Shown here: positions 1 to 9,669 of the stretch, one piece after another | How the letters are laid out: the number at the start of each line of letters is the position of its first letter | Position numbering within the stretch: the stretch's first letter is position 1 | Source: an uncultured Clostridia bacterium | Lineage (GTDB): Bacteria > Bacillota > Clostridia > Christensenellales > DTU072 | Assembly: GCA_944331875.1 (NCBI GenBank) | Contig: CALVJA010000005.1 | Span: 24,134 to 88,133, forward strand | Length of the DNA: 64,000 nucleotides | Reading direction: 5' to 3' | Notes under the pieces: generated by a model | Told to the model about the DNA's origin: nothing | Database searches by the model: none | Seen by the model: the letters and a program-made list of their open reading frames with translations, nothing else | Program-made: the position numbers and the translations under genes

Positions 1-217
1 CGGCGGAGCCATTGAGCGTCTTGTCGCAGGCAAGGCGAATGCCGGAGGCTATCTCCTCGGCGCTCAAAAAGCGCCTGTCGCGCTCGGTGGGTGCGAAAGA
101 GGGGGCTATCACTTTGCATCTGCCGCAAAGCCCTTTGCCCCCGCAGGGGAAACGGAAGCCTTCGCGCTCCATTATTTCGCGAAGGCTCGTGTTAACTGCG
201 TTGAATTCCTGTTTCAT
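1..217 (-). CDS. 5' part of a gene starting with a 2Fe-2S ferredoxin-like domain, as seen at the N-terminus of ASKHA/DUF4445 corrinoid-activase-like proteins. It runs off the window.
   Basis: Not in the ORF track. Reverse-strand ATG at 215-217 is preceded by AAAGGAA. The translation MKQEFNAVNTSLREIMEREGFRFPCGGKGLCGRCKVIAPSFAPTERDRRFLSAEEIASGIRLACD carries a C-G-G-x-G-x-C-G-x-C cluster-binding pattern. It is translationally close to the upstream gene, which ends at 224. Confidence 0.5.
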   Translation of the reverse strand, partial: MKQEFNAVNTSLREIMEREGFRFPCGGKGLCGRCKVIAPSFAPTERDRRFLSAEEIASGIRLACDKTLNGSA

Positions 218-223
218 ATTCCT

Positions 224-1987
224 TTACGGTGTAATTTCGCCTGTATTCGTGTTCGCGGGCAGGCTCTCGATAAGCTGTATCAAAGTAAGTTTGTGCGTTT
301 CCGTTATGCCGTCAGTCTCGACTTTGGTGAGAGCGGTCGGGATGTAGTCGGGAGTCTCCGTAACGTCCCCCGTAATATCGACGTAGGCGCTCGCAGTCCC
401 GTCGTAATAGGCAATATTCGAAGCGGAGAAATACGCATAGCCGCCGCGCTTTTCGGGGAAGGAGACGGGAGCGGTCTCGGAGCCCACTAGGAGTCTGCCG
501 TCGCCCGCGGAGTCGTTCGTTTTCATATCGAGCGAGAACAGGAAGGGATATTCGCCCTCCAATATGATATTGATCCCGTCCGCGGTCTGCAATACGTCGC
601 CGTATGCGCCGTTGTTCGAGGTTATAAGTTGCTCCGCAAGGGCGGGTGTCAATACATAGTAGGGTATGCCGTCTACATCGCGCGCAACTGCGCCGGCATT
701 AGTAAGCGCCGCTTCGTCGATTTCCACGATATCGTATCCTAGCGCGTTCAAACTTCCCGCGCCGATTGCGCCCACGACGTCGTTTATTCCCGCGTTATGA
801 ACGGTCAGGCGCCTGACCAATGCCTCCGCGGTTATCACGTCGTCGCCGATAACGCCGCTCGTACCGCTCACGGAGTAGGAGAACAAGCCCACCGCGCGAA
901 GCGCGTACAGCGTGGTTGCCTGCACGGAATCGGTTATAGCGGAAGCGATGTCGTTTATCGGGGTGGCGGGGTCGATCAGCGAGAGGATGCCTTTGTCGTA
1001 GTCGGCAAACACTTCTTGCAGCTGAAGCGTTTGGATACGCTCGTTCAAACCGCCTATTTTAGTGTCTTTCAATGCCAAAAGTATGGGCTCCGCGTCCTCG
1101 GGGATATCCATGACCTCGCCGAGGGTGAGGGTGTTTATCCGCTCCTGCAGCACTGCGCCGTCGCCGAGTTCGTCCAAGGTAAGATCGGCAATGCTTTGCA
1201 TTACGGCGTGGCTGTTTTCGTCGATCGGTACGGCGTCGGAAAGCTGCATTTCGCGTATAGCGACGTCGAGTTCGCTTATGGTGAACGGGTTGCCGCCTTC
1301 GGCGCCGGAAGCGAGGTATTTGAGGAGTTCGGAGGAATTTTCATCCACGTCTATGACGTCGATGATGTATGTATCGTCGATTATGCCGTCGATTTGGGAG
1401 GATATCTGAGAAAGCTTTACGGTGCCGAGCTGCTGCAGGATCCCGCTGGATGCGGGGTTGTCCTCGGTCGCCTCATGGTCGTAGACCACGCTGATGAAGG
1501 AGTCCAAAGTATAGTCCTCGAGCGCCGCGAGCGCCTCGTTGACGGGGCGCGAAAGGAATGTTTCGTCCGCAAATATCGGGATATCCTCGGGGAGCGCGAT
1601 ACCGAAACTGTCCTGCATCCCCTCGAAAGTCAGATTGTCCGCGAGCGCTGCGCCGAGAGTGGAAAAACTCGACGTTTTGATGACGCCCGAAGAAACGCCT
1701 ACGGCTTCGCCGAGGTTGTAGCTTATGATATCCGTGCCGACGAGGCGTTCGATCTCGCCTATGGTCTTATCGGAGAATCCGTCGAAAGCGTTCGCGAGAT
1801 TCGAAGCGTATTGCAATACGCTCAGCGCACGCTGCTCTTCGTCGAGAGCTATTTGGTCAAGACTGTCGTCGATGGTGCCCATCATGCCGTCGCGGCTCAA
1901 AATTATGTACCCGCCGCCCCCAACGACCAGGACGACCAGAACGATGCCTATTATTATACCTACCAGGATATTACCCAGAGTTTTCAT
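224..1987 (-). CDS. Hypothetical membrane-anchored protein with one N-terminal TM helix and a large acidic soluble domain
   Basis: 587-aa ORF with GAGGTGG RBS upstream of the ATG. The N-terminus NILVGIIIGIVLVVLVVGGGGYIIL is a TM helix. No family recognised by eye. Confidence 0.6.
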   Translation of the reverse strand: MKTLGNILVGIIIGIVLVVLVVGGGGYIILSRDGMMGTIDDSLDQIALDEEQRALSVLQYASNLANAFDGFSDKTIGEIERLVGTDIISYNLGEAVGVSSGVIKTSSFSTLGAALADNLTFEGMQDSFGIALPEDIPIFADETFLSRPVNEALAALEDYTLDSFISVVYDHEATEDNPASSGILQQLGTVKLSQISSQIDGIIDDTYIIDVIDVDENSSELLKYLASGAEGGNPFTISELDVAIREMQLSDAVPIDENSHAVMQSIADLTLDELGDGAVLQERINTLTLGEVMDIPEDAEPILLALKDTKIGGLNERIQTLQLQEVFADYDKGILSLIDPATPINDIASAITDSVQATTLYALRAVGLFSYSVSGTSGVIGDDVITAEALVRRLTVHNAGINDVVGAIGAGSLNALGYDIVEIDEAALTNAGAVARDVDGIPYYVLTPALAEQLITSNNGAYGDVLQTADGINIILEGEYPFLFSLDMKTNDSAGDGRLLVGSETAPVSFPEKRGGYAYFSASNIAYYDGTASAYVDITGDVTETPDYIPTALTKVETDGITETHKLTLIQLIESLPANTNTGEITP

Positions 1988-2007
1988 ACCACCTCACATA
2001 TTCGGGG

Positions 2008-2841
2008 CTAGCTCCCGATGCTTGATAAGTCGATAAACTGCGACAGCAGCTCGTACAGGAAGTTGTTGTCCATTATCATCTTCGTTACCGTCGTGCCGTC
2101 GAGCGTTTCGTTTACCGCGGTCATGAACGACATGCCGGAGAGAAGCTGTATTATAGTCAGAATTATCAGCACGATGACCGCGCCGAGCGCAAGCCCGAGG
2201 ACGCCGCCCAAGGTCTTGTCCAAAAAGTACGCCAGATACACCCGCTGCGTGAGTTTTCTGAGGAGAAGGAGTATCAGCCACAGCAAAAGCCTGACGACTA
2301 TCGCCAAAACGATGAACGCGCCGACAAGGAATATCACGTTTACGAATGCCTGCGATACAACATTCAAAAGAGGCACGGTGTTTATCGCGCTGTCAAGCTC
2401 GATGTCCTCCGCCAAAGCCTGTTCGGTCAGTATATCGGCGGCGGCGCCCTCCAAAAGGCTGCCGGGGATGAGCCCCCACAGGAAGTTGTCGCCGAAAACT
2501 TCGGAAAGCGGCGCGGGCTCGTTGGACCCCTCCGGAACGAAAGCGAGTTCGAGGTCGGTTTCGGGGTCGCCGTCAAGATTGTCGTATATCACGTTTGCGT
2601 TCGAATTGGGAAGCGAATCGGCTATGGCGTTGGCGAGCTCCGTCCTGAGAGACGCATCCCACTCGGTGCTGTCCGCGACAAGTCCCGCGACCGGCTGCGT
2701 AAGGAATATAGCCGCGGCAAGCGTGATGACTATGCTCAACAGCCCGACAAGCGTCTTTACAAAGCCGCGCTTGATGCCTATTATCGCGACGATGAGGATT
2801 ATCGCTACGACTGCAATATCGATAATGATTCCGATGTTCAT
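2008..2841 (-). CDS. CvpA-family integral membrane protein
   Basis: 277-aa ORF with GGAGG RBS. The N-terminus MNIGIIIDIAVVAIILIVAIIGIKRGFVKTLVGLLSIV is typical of CvpA (colicin V production) family. Multiple TM segments. Confidence 0.6.
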   Translation of the reverse strand: MNIGIIIDIAVVAIILIVAIIGIKRGFVKTLVGLLSIVITLAAAIFLTQPVAGLVADSTEWDASLRTELANAIADSLPNSNANVIYDNLDGDPETDLELAFVPEGSNEPAPLSEVFGDNFLWGLIPGSLLEGAAADILTEQALAEDIELDSAINTVPLLNVVSQAFVNVIFLVGAFIVLAIVVRLLLWLILLLLRKLTQRVYLAYFLDKTLGGVLGLALGAVIVLIILTIIQLLSGMSFMTAVNETLDGTTVTKMIMDNNFLYELLSQFIDLSSIGS

Positions 2842-2996
2842 TTTCGCCTCCGGTTCACTCGTATGCGCGCCCGCGGCGCGCGCCGCAAACGTCTATGCTA
2901 AGAGTATATCATACTCTGTATATAAATTGCAATACTTAATTATTTATGCGGCGGCAAGCCCGCCGCATAAATATGAAATAATTCCGATTTGCGGAA

Positions 2997-3575
2997 TTAT
3001 CTCACGTTTGAATCGGAAGTACCGATAGCAAAAACAATACTCCCCGGTATTTTTTTAACTTCCTCGAAGCCGTATTTTCTGTAGAAGCCGACGCCTTTTA
3101 CGTTGGAAGCGCCGCACACCAAAAATACCCCCGGGATTCCGTCCGAGGAGAGTTTTTCGCGCAGTCTGTCGATAAGCGCAGTACCTAGCCCCATGCGCTG
3201 TCCCTCGGGGAGTATGTCGATATGCAGGTGCGCGGGGTAGCGCGACGCTATCTTTTTCACGATCATCGCCTCGGCGCGTTTCGAAAGCCACACGTCGGGC
3301 GCGCTCTTCAGAAGCTTTGCCGAATATGGAAGGCGTTTGGAAAAATAGTTCTCGCGGTACCTTTTGAAATCGGGAGCGCAGATGACATATCCCACAGCCT
3401 CGTCCGCGTCGGTCGCGGCAACGAAACAATACTCGGGTTCGCAGTCGATGTAATAATCCAGATACGCTGCGTACAGCGCGTCGCGGCGGGCGTCGGTGGA
3501 ATAGGTGGGCGCCGTGACGGCGCATACGCGTCTGAGCGCTTGTTTATCGGAAGGGCGATACTGCCTTATATGCAT
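2997..3575 (-). CDS. GNAT-family N-acetyltransferase
   Basis: 192 aa with AGGAG RBS. It has the acetyl-CoA-binding style segment QRMGLGTALIDRL and C-terminal FYRKYGFEE, typical of GNAT. Confidence 0.7.
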   Translation of the reverse strand: MHIRQYRPSDKQALRRVCAVTAPTYSTDARRDALYAAYLDYYIDCEPEYCFVAATDADEAVGYVICAPDFKRYRENYFSKRLPYSAKLLKSAPDVWLSKRAEAMIVKKIASRYPAHLHIDILPEGQRMGLGTALIDRLREKLSSDGIPGVFLVCGASNVKGVGFYRKYGFEEVKKIPGSIVFAIGTSDSNVR

Positions 3576-3636
3576 ATCCGGCTCCTTTTTTACGGCGTTA
3601 GGTATCCCGAAAACGGGATATTAATATACTTTCGAC

Positions 3637-3666
3637 AAAAAGAAAAGCGGCTCGCCGCCGCTTTTT
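3637..3666 (-). terminator. Rho-independent terminator downstream of the ferredoxin gene
   Basis: GC stem AAAGCGGC / GCCGCTTT with a short loop, followed on the minus strand by a T-run (CTTTTCTTTTT). Confidence 0.55.
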
Positions 3667-3673
3667 GGTGCCC

Positions 3674-3850
3674 TTATTCTTCGCTGATAGCGTCGACGGG
3701 GCAACCGCCCGCGCAAGCGCCGCAGGAAAGGCAGGAATCGGCGTCGATGACGTATTTGCCGTCGTCGTCGGCGCTGATAGCAGAAACGGGGCAGGTGGCT
3801 TCGCAAGAGCCGCAGCCGATGCAGGTTTCCTTGTCGATTACGTATGCCAT
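3674..3850 (-). CDS. 2x[4Fe-4S] clostridial-type ferredoxin (58 aa)
   Basis: Below the ORF-track size cut-off. Hand translation gives MAYVIDKETCIGCGSCEATCPVSAISADDDGKYVIDADSCLSCGACAGGCPVDAISEE, with two CxxCxxCxxxCP motifs. Confidence 0.85.
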   Translation of the reverse strand: MAYVIDKETCIGCGSCEATCPVSAISADDDGKYVIDADSCLSCGACAGGCPVDAISEE

Positions 3851-3935
3851 TTTTCGATATCTCCTTTGGATATTTTGATTTCTGTTTTATTTTACAACGC
3901 GCATTCTTTTTTTGTCAATCGATAAACGCATTTCG

Positions 3936-6422
3936 TCACAGTTTTTCGAAGAGTTTCGCCATAAATTTCGGCATTCTCATTTTTCGGAATGCGAGCGTGA
4001 ACAGCACCATGAATATCACGCCTCCCGCCGCGCACGGAGCGGTCAGTATCAGCATATTCATGTTGTACGTTTCCGATAGCCCGAACAGATTGCGCGCGAA
4101 CGGGACGAAGAAACACGCCGTGAAGAACGCCGCCAATACGACGATAAGCGCTATGCGTATCGGGTTTAACGGTATCGAGATCCTGATGATGAACGCGAGT
4201 CCCAAAGCTACCGTCGCGATAAGGGCGGACGTGCCGGTCTGATCGGCGTTCAGCCCCATTATCGGCCCCACCGAGGCGATGACGGAAACCGCTATCGCGA
4301 TGGCGAACGCCGTGGGACAGGCGTCGAGCACCACTTTCGGGAGGAACTTGCCGCGCACTATCTCGTTGTTGGGTTCGAGCGCAAGGACAAAAGCGGGCGG
4401 ACCTATGGTGATGTAACCGATAAGGGTGAGATTTTTGGGAGTGAACGGGAGCGTAGCCGGAATTATCATGAATATCAGCGCGAAAAGCGTGTTGTATATC
4501 GTCTTTATGAGGAACAGCGACGCGCTCCGCTGCAGGTTGTTTATACAGCGCCTGCCTTCCTGCACGACCTTGGGGAGCGAGGAAAAGTTATTGTCCAGAA
4601 GAACTATCTTGCTGACGTTTTTGCTGGCGTCCGAGCCCGCCGCGACGGCTATCGAGCAGTCCGCTTCGCGAAGAGCCAGCACGTCGTTTATACCGTCCCC
4701 GGTCATGCCGACGACGTGCCCCGCCGCTTTCAGCGCCTTGACTATGACGAGTTTCTGGTCGGGGGACACTCTGCCGAAAACGGTATAGTTGTCGACGTTC
4801 GCGCGAAGGGAATCGTCGTCCAATGCGCTGCAATCGACATACTTTTCGGCGTTCCTGACGCCCGCTCGCGTCGCTACCACGGACACCGTTACGGGATCGT
4901 CGCCGGATATTATCTTTATCGCGACCCCCTGACGGTCGAAGTAATCGAGCGTTTCCCCAGCTCCCGTGCGGATGACGTCCTCGATGACTATGAGTGCCAA
5001 AAGTTCGCGCTCGCCGTCTATCCCCGTCGTTATATTGCCGTATGTCTTCGCCAGCACCATCACTCTGTAACCTTCGCGGGCGTACGAGGAGATCTCCTCC
5101 TCCAGCGTTTCGGGCACTTCCTTAAGGACAAACTGCGCCGCTCCCATTACCAGCGAATAGCCGTCGAATTCGGCGCCGCTCCACTTTCTTGCGCTTGAAA
5201 AGGGTACCTTGTTTATTGCTTCGGGATACCCGGAAATGTCTTTTACGAATTCTTTCACGGCATTTGCGGTAGGATTGTCGTCCCCGGTCGCTGATGTCAA
5301 CGCTTTCAGCGCGGCGCGCGCTTGTTCTTCGTTTGCGCCTTTCGGTATAAGCTTTGCTACCGCCATGCTCCCTTCGGTTATGGTGCCCGTTTTATCCAGG
5401 CACAACACGTCCACGCGTGCAAGTATTTCGGAACAATACAGGTCCTGCGCCAGCGCCTTGCGCTTTGCGAGTTTTATGACGCTCACGCAAAAGACGGCGC
5501 TCGTCAGCGCCACCAGTCCGCTGGGTATCATGCCTATAAGCGTGCCGAGTACCGTCAGCACCGTGTCGTTCACGGGAGCGGTAGTGTCCTGAATGAAATA
5601 TTTTACGCAAAACAGCGCCACCCCGACGGGGACTAGGATGACCGACATGAATTTGATGACTTTGTTCAGACTGCGGTATATCTCGCTGTTTTGCGGCTTG
5701 TTCTTTTTAGCGTCGGCGGTTATCCGGGCGGCGTAATTGTCCTTTCCGACGTGGACGACCTTGACCGCGGCGGAGCCGCTCACGACGAATGAACCGCTTA
5801 AAAGCGAGTCGCCCGCCTTTTTCATGATCGGATCGGGTTCGCCGGTGATGAGAGCTTCGTTGACCTCTATCGTTCCGTCCAAAACTACGGAGTCCGCGGA
5901 GATCTCCGCGCCCGGTTTCAGTATCAGCACGTCGTCCAGGACGATGTCTTTCAGCGCTATTTCCGTCTCGGAGCCGTCACGCACGGCTATGGCGCGCGGC
6001 GCGTGCAGAAGCGAAAGTCTGTCTATCGTGCGTTTTGCTGCGAGTTCCTGAACGATGCCGATAAGGCAGTTCGTGACTGCGACCACGAAAAACCCGTAGT
6101 TGAACAAGCCGTCCAGGTTGTGTTCTACGAAAAACGCCATTATAATGGCTATGATCACAAACAAAATATTGAAAAACGTCACTATGTTCGTTCTGAGGAT
6201 ATGCGCGACGCTTTTCGTCTTTATGTTTACGTCTCCGTTCACTTTGCCGGAGGAGACTCGCTCTTTTATTTCCTCCGACGTAAGTCCCGCGGTCCGAGCC
6301 GCACAGGCGTCGGACGCGTCCGCGGCGGGCACGGGAGAAGCAGAGGCGGTATTCATATCAAAATCGTTTTCGTCCATAATCGACTCCTCCTCGGCAGCGT
6401 TTTGCGCCGCGTTCATATTCAT
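3936..6422 (-). CDS. Cation-translocating P-type ATPase (HAD-type)
   Basis: 828 aa with phosphorylation motif DKTGTITEG, hinge motif MTGDGINDVLALREAD and about 10 TM segments. An alternative start at 6377 (MDENDF...) has a much better RBS (GAGGAGGAG). Confidence 0.85.
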   Translation of the reverse strand: MNMNAAQNAAEEESIMDENDFDMNTASASPVPAADASDACAARTAGLTSEEIKERVSSGKVNGDVNIKTKSVAHILRTNIVTFFNILFVIIAIIMAFFVEHNLDGLFNYGFFVVAVTNCLIGIVQELAAKRTIDRLSLLHAPRAIAVRDGSETEIALKDIVLDDVLILKPGAEISADSVVLDGTIEVNEALITGEPDPIMKKAGDSLLSGSFVVSGSAAVKVVHVGKDNYAARITADAKKNKPQNSEIYRSLNKVIKFMSVILVPVGVALFCVKYFIQDTTAPVNDTVLTVLGTLIGMIPSGLVALTSAVFCVSVIKLAKRKALAQDLYCSEILARVDVLCLDKTGTITEGSMAVAKLIPKGANEEQARAALKALTSATGDDNPTANAVKEFVKDISGYPEAINKVPFSSARKWSGAEFDGYSLVMGAAQFVLKEVPETLEEEISSYAREGYRVMVLAKTYGNITTGIDGERELLALIVIEDVIRTGAGETLDYFDRQGVAIKIISGDDPVTVSVVATRAGVRNAEKYVDCSALDDDSLRANVDNYTVFGRVSPDQKLVIVKALKAAGHVVGMTGDGINDVLALREADCSIAVAAGSDASKNVSKIVLLDNNFSSLPKVVQEGRRCINNLQRSASLFLIKTIYNTLFALIFMIIPATLPFTPKNLTLIGYITIGPPAFVLALEPNNEIVRGKFLPKVVLDACPTAFAIAIAVSVIASVGPIMGLNADQTGTSALIATVALGLAFIIRISIPLNPIRIALIVVLAAFFTACFFVPFARNLFGLSETYNMNMLILTAPCAAGGVIFMVLFTLAFRKMRMPKFMAKLFEKL

Positions 6423-6560
6423 ATTATATAACGCTTTTATCCCGCGCGCAACAGAAAATCCACTTTTTCACGGCAGGAGACCCCGTAAAAGCGAATTTTG
6501 ATATTGAAAAGGAAATATTTTATTGTATAATAAAGATATAAAACTTACGCCGGAGGGCTT

Positions 6561-8612
6561 ATGGATAAAAAATACGAAGCTTTGTTTACCCCTTGGAAGA
6601 TAGGGAACGTAGAGATCAAAAACAGGATAGTCCTGTGTCCGATGGGCGGCACCTCGCTTTTCGGGTGGATAGAGCCGCACCATTTTGATAAGGAGGCGGC
6701 GGAATTTTTCCTGAAACGCGCCGAAAACAACGTGGGACTCATCATCCCGGGTATCGCGCCGCTCAGGAACCTTCTCGGCAACGGATGGCTGTACAAGGCG
6801 GACGGCGCTTTCAAAAAACTGAAGCCGTATATGGAAAAGATCCACGCTACGGGCGCCAAACTTTTCGTACAGCTTACGGCGGGATTCGGCAGATCTTTCG
6901 CGCTGGACCACATGATGGCGGTGATGGCGAAAAACAAGGTCCTCGGCGCGTTGGCGCGTCCGATATTGGACCCCTCGTACCTCAGCGCCGCGCCCAGTCC
7001 CTCGCCCTCCAGATGGGCGGAGGATCTCGAATGCCGGGAAATTACCGTAAAAGAGATCAAAAAACTCATTTTCGCGTATGCGGAGACGGCTAAAAAGCTG
7101 ATGGACGCGGGCGTCGACGGCGTCGAAGTCCATGCGGTGCACGAAGGGTACCTTTTGGATCAGTTCACGCTGAAATACGTCAATAAGCGTACCGACGAGT
7201 ACGGCGGCAGCTTCGAAAACCGCTATCGTTTCGCGGTAGAGGTGGTCCAAGCGATAAAAGCGCGCTGCGGCAAGGAGTTCCCGGTGTCGCTCAGGTATTC
7301 CGTCGTCAGCAAGACGAAAGGCTTTTCGGACGGCGCCGTGCCGGGCGAGGAGTATGTCGAGGCGGGCAGGGATATGGAGGAATCCGAAAAAGCGATCAAA
7401 TATTTGGAGGAAGCGGGCTACGATATGTTCAACGCCGACAACGGCACTTACGACGCGTGGTATTGGGCGCACCCGCCGGCATATATGCCGTTCAACTGCA
7501 ACCTCGAGGACGTCAGCCATATCAAAAAATTCACCTCCGCACCGGTGGTGTGCGCAGGACGTATGGAGCCGGAGGCTGCTGCAAAAGCGATAGCCGCGGG
7601 CGAGATCGACGCCATGGGCGTCGCGAGACAGTTTTTGGCGGACGGCGAGTGGATAACGAAACTCATCGAGGAGCGCGAAGAGGATATCCTCCCGTGTATC
7701 TCGTGCCACAACGGCTGTTTCACGATGTCGAAATCGAAAGGCACCGCAAATACGACTCCGCTCTCCGAGACCCGCGGGATGGCGCGCTGCGCGCTGAACC
7801 CGGAGACCATGCAGGGGCATAAATACGATATAAAACCCGCAAAAAAGAAAAAGAGGATTGCCGTTATCGGCGGCGGTATAGGCGGCATGGAAGCGGCTCG
7901 TGTGCTGGCAATGCGCGGGCACGACGTGACTATCTACGAAAAAAGCGATGTGCTCGGCGGCGTGTTCATCCCCGCTGCCGCTCCCGCCTTCAAGGAAAAG
8001 GACCGCGCTCTCATCGATTGGTACAGGCGTCAAATCGAAAAATTGCAGATAAAGGTATCCTACGATACGGAAATTACGGATATTTCGACCTTGGATGCCG
8101 ACGAAGTGATCGTCGCGACGGGCTCGAAACCGAAACATATCCCGATATCCGGACACGAGAAGGCCATCGAGGCGGTGGAATACTTAAACGGCAGGGAAGT
8201 AGGCGACAAAGTGGTCGTGATCGGCGGCGGACTCACGGGCGCGGAGATCGCGTACGACCTGGAACTCAAAGGAAAACACCCCGCGATAGTAGAGGCGATG
8301 AACGACATAATCACCACTCCTTCGATATGCCTTGCGAACTCGTCGTATCTGAGGGATTACTTCGAATGGAAGAAAGTGCCGCTGTACTTGGAGCACACCG
8401 TGACCGAGATAGGGGACGGCTATGTAAAGATAAAGGGAAAAGACGGCTCCGAAAAGACCATAGAGGCGGACGACGTCGTTTTGAGCATAGGCTATAACCC
8501 GTATCCCATAGCGCCGACCGGCAGGCACGTGCACGTCATCGGCGACGCGGCGAAGGTGGGAAACCTCAGAAGCGTCATCTGGGGCGCAAGGGCGCTCGCC
8601 TGCAAATTGTAA
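6561..8612 (+). CDS. Old-yellow-enzyme-like NADH:flavin oxidoreductase fused to an FAD/NAD(P)-binding domain (enoate reductase / 2,4-dienoyl-CoA reductase family)
   Basis: 683 aa with GGAGGG RBS. The N-terminal TIM-barrel motif is FTPWKIGNVEIKNRIVLCPMGG. It has the Fe-S motif CISCHNGC and a dinucleotide fold IAVIGGGIGGMEAA. Confidence 0.8.
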   Translation: MDKKYEALFTPWKIGNVEIKNRIVLCPMGGTSLFGWIEPHHFDKEAAEFFLKRAENNVGLIIPGIAPLRNLLGNGWLYKADGAFKKLKPYMEKIHATGAKLFVQLTAGFGRSFALDHMMAVMAKNKVLGALARPILDPSYLSAAPSPSPSRWAEDLECREITVKEIKKLIFAYAETAKKLMDAGVDGVEVHAVHEGYLLDQFTLKYVNKRTDEYGGSFENRYRFAVEVVQAIKARCGKEFPVSLRYSVVSKTKGFSDGAVPGEEYVEAGRDMEESEKAIKYLEEAGYDMFNADNGTYDAWYWAHPPAYMPFNCNLEDVSHIKKFTSAPVVCAGRMEPEAAAKAIAAGEIDAMGVARQFLADGEWITKLIEEREEDILPCISCHNGCFTMSKSKGTANTTPLSETRGMARCALNPETMQGHKYDIKPAKKKKRIAVIGGGIGGMEAARVLAMRGHDVTIYEKSDVLGGVFIPAAAPAFKEKDRALIDWYRRQIEKLQIKVSYDTEITDISTLDADEVIVATGSKPKHIPISGHEKAIEAVEYLNGREVGDKVVVIGGGLTGAEIAYDLELKGKHPAIVEAMNDIITTPSICLANSSYLRDYFEWKKVPLYLEHTVTEIGDGYVKIKGKDGSEKTIEADDVVLSIGYNPYPIAPTGRHVHVIGDAAKVGNLRSVIWGARALACKL

Positions 8613-8630
8613 ATGCGTTACTCCGAAAAA

Positions 8631-8655
8631 GGTCCGCGCCGAGCGGACCTTTTTT
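8631..8655 (+). terminator. Rho-independent terminator
   Basis: GGTCCGC-GCCGA-GCGGACC followed by TTTTTT, 19 nt after the stop codon. Confidence 0.7.
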
Positions 8656-8689
8656 CGCGTAGATAAAAAATTTATGACGGCGCATTCGT

Positions 8690-8718
8690 TTGACAACGCG
8701 TGCGTCCGGGAATATACT
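8690..8718 (+). promoter_or_regulatory. Sigma-70-type promoter candidate for the mrp/apbC-like gene
   Basis: TTGACA (8690-8695), 17-nt spacer, TATACT (8713-8718), about 40 nt upstream of the ATG. Confidence 0.5.
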
Positions 8719-8755
8719 TTACGCGTAGATATACAAGTAAAAAGGAGATATCTGT

Positions 8756-9562
8756 ATGGCAGAATGCAGTCATGATTGTTCCAGCTGCGGCGCCGACTGC
8801 CCGTCGAGGACGGCTTTGCAGAAGGAACCCCAGAACGCGCTTTCCGACGTAAAGCGCGTGATAGCGGTCATATCGGGAAAGGGCGGCGTAGGTAAATCCA
8901 CCGTCACCGCGACCCTTGCCGCCACCGCGCGCCGCATGGAGTACAAGGTAGGCGTACTTGACGCCGACATCACCGGACCTTCGATACCGAAGATGTTCGG
9001 AGTACACCGCATAGCGGACGCGATGGACGAAAACACCATCCTCCCCGTCGAGAGCCGCTCCGGCATAAAGCTCATGAGCATCAATCTTTTGCTGGAGGAC
9101 GAAACGGAACCCGTGATATGGCGGGGACCGATACTTGCGGGTACGTTGAAGCAGTTTTGGACGAACGTCGCGTGGGGAGACGTCGATTATTTGTTCGTCG
9201 ACATGCCTCCCGGCACCGGCGACGTAGTGCTGACGGCGTTCCAGTCCATCCCGATAGACGGACTCGTCGTCGTGACTTCGCCGCAGGAATTAGTGGGCAT
9301 GATAGTAGCCAAGGCTACCAAAATGGCGGAAATGATGAACATTCCGATCTTGGGTATAGTAGAGAATCTGTCCTACTTCGTGTGCCCCGATTGCGGCAAA
9401 AAACATTATATTTTCGGTAAGAGCGACGTTTCGGCTTACGCCGCGAAAGCGGGTATCGAAGTTGTCGCCGAACTTCCCGTCGATCCCGAGACCGCACGCC
9501 TCGCGGACGAGGGGATGATGGAAAAAGCTTTCAACGAGGAGCTGTTCCGCATAGTGGAATAA
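8756..9562 (+). CDS. Mrp/NBP35/ApbC-family Fe-S cluster carrier ATPase
   Basis: 268 aa with a Cys-rich N-terminus (CSHDCSSCGADC), deviant Walker A SGKGGVGKST, and a C-terminal CPDCG motif. Confidence 0.85.
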   Translation: MAECSHDCSSCGADCPSRTALQKEPQNALSDVKRVIAVISGKGGVGKSTVTATLAATARRMEYKVGVLDADITGPSIPKMFGVHRIADAMDENTILPVESRSGIKLMSINLLLEDETEPVIWRGPILAGTLKQFWTNVAWGDVDYLFVDMPPGTGDVVLTAFQSIPIDGLVVVTSPQELVGMIVAKATKMAEMMNIPILGIVENLSYFVCPDCGKKHYIFGKSDVSAYAAKAGIEVVAELPVDPETARLADEGMMEKAFNEELFRIVE

Positions 9563-9592
9563 CGCTTTCGTCGCTTGCGTCTAACGAATCAC

Positions 9593-9619
9593 GGTCCGCC
9601 GAACGGCGGACCTTTTTTT
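9593..9619 (+). terminator. Rho-independent terminator
   Basis: GGTCCGCC-GAAC-GGCGGACC followed by TTTTTTT. Confidence 0.75.
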
Positions 9620-9669
9620 CGTCGCCGCGTTTTTGTTATAAATTGCGGCGAGCGGTCAATATTTACGAT

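Noticed and set aside
12-347. 111-aa plus-strand ORF at the left edge
   Set aside because: The minus strand here encodes a convincing 2Fe-2S ferredoxin-like N-terminus (1-217) and the 3' end of the 224-1987 gene. The plus-strand ORF has no RBS or motif.
6468-8156. Long ORFs antisense to confident genes. Examples: 6468-8156(-), 797-2011(+), 19634-20995(-), 42942-44588(-), 45235-46266(-), 50258-52249(-), 52829-54793(-), 37924-38769(-), 38896-39828(-) and 40006-40935(-).
   Set aside because: They lie opposite genes with unmistakable family motifs. They are Arg/His/Gly/Val-rich low-complexity translations typical of the antisense frame of GC-rich coding DNA, and they lack RBSs and recognisable motifs.
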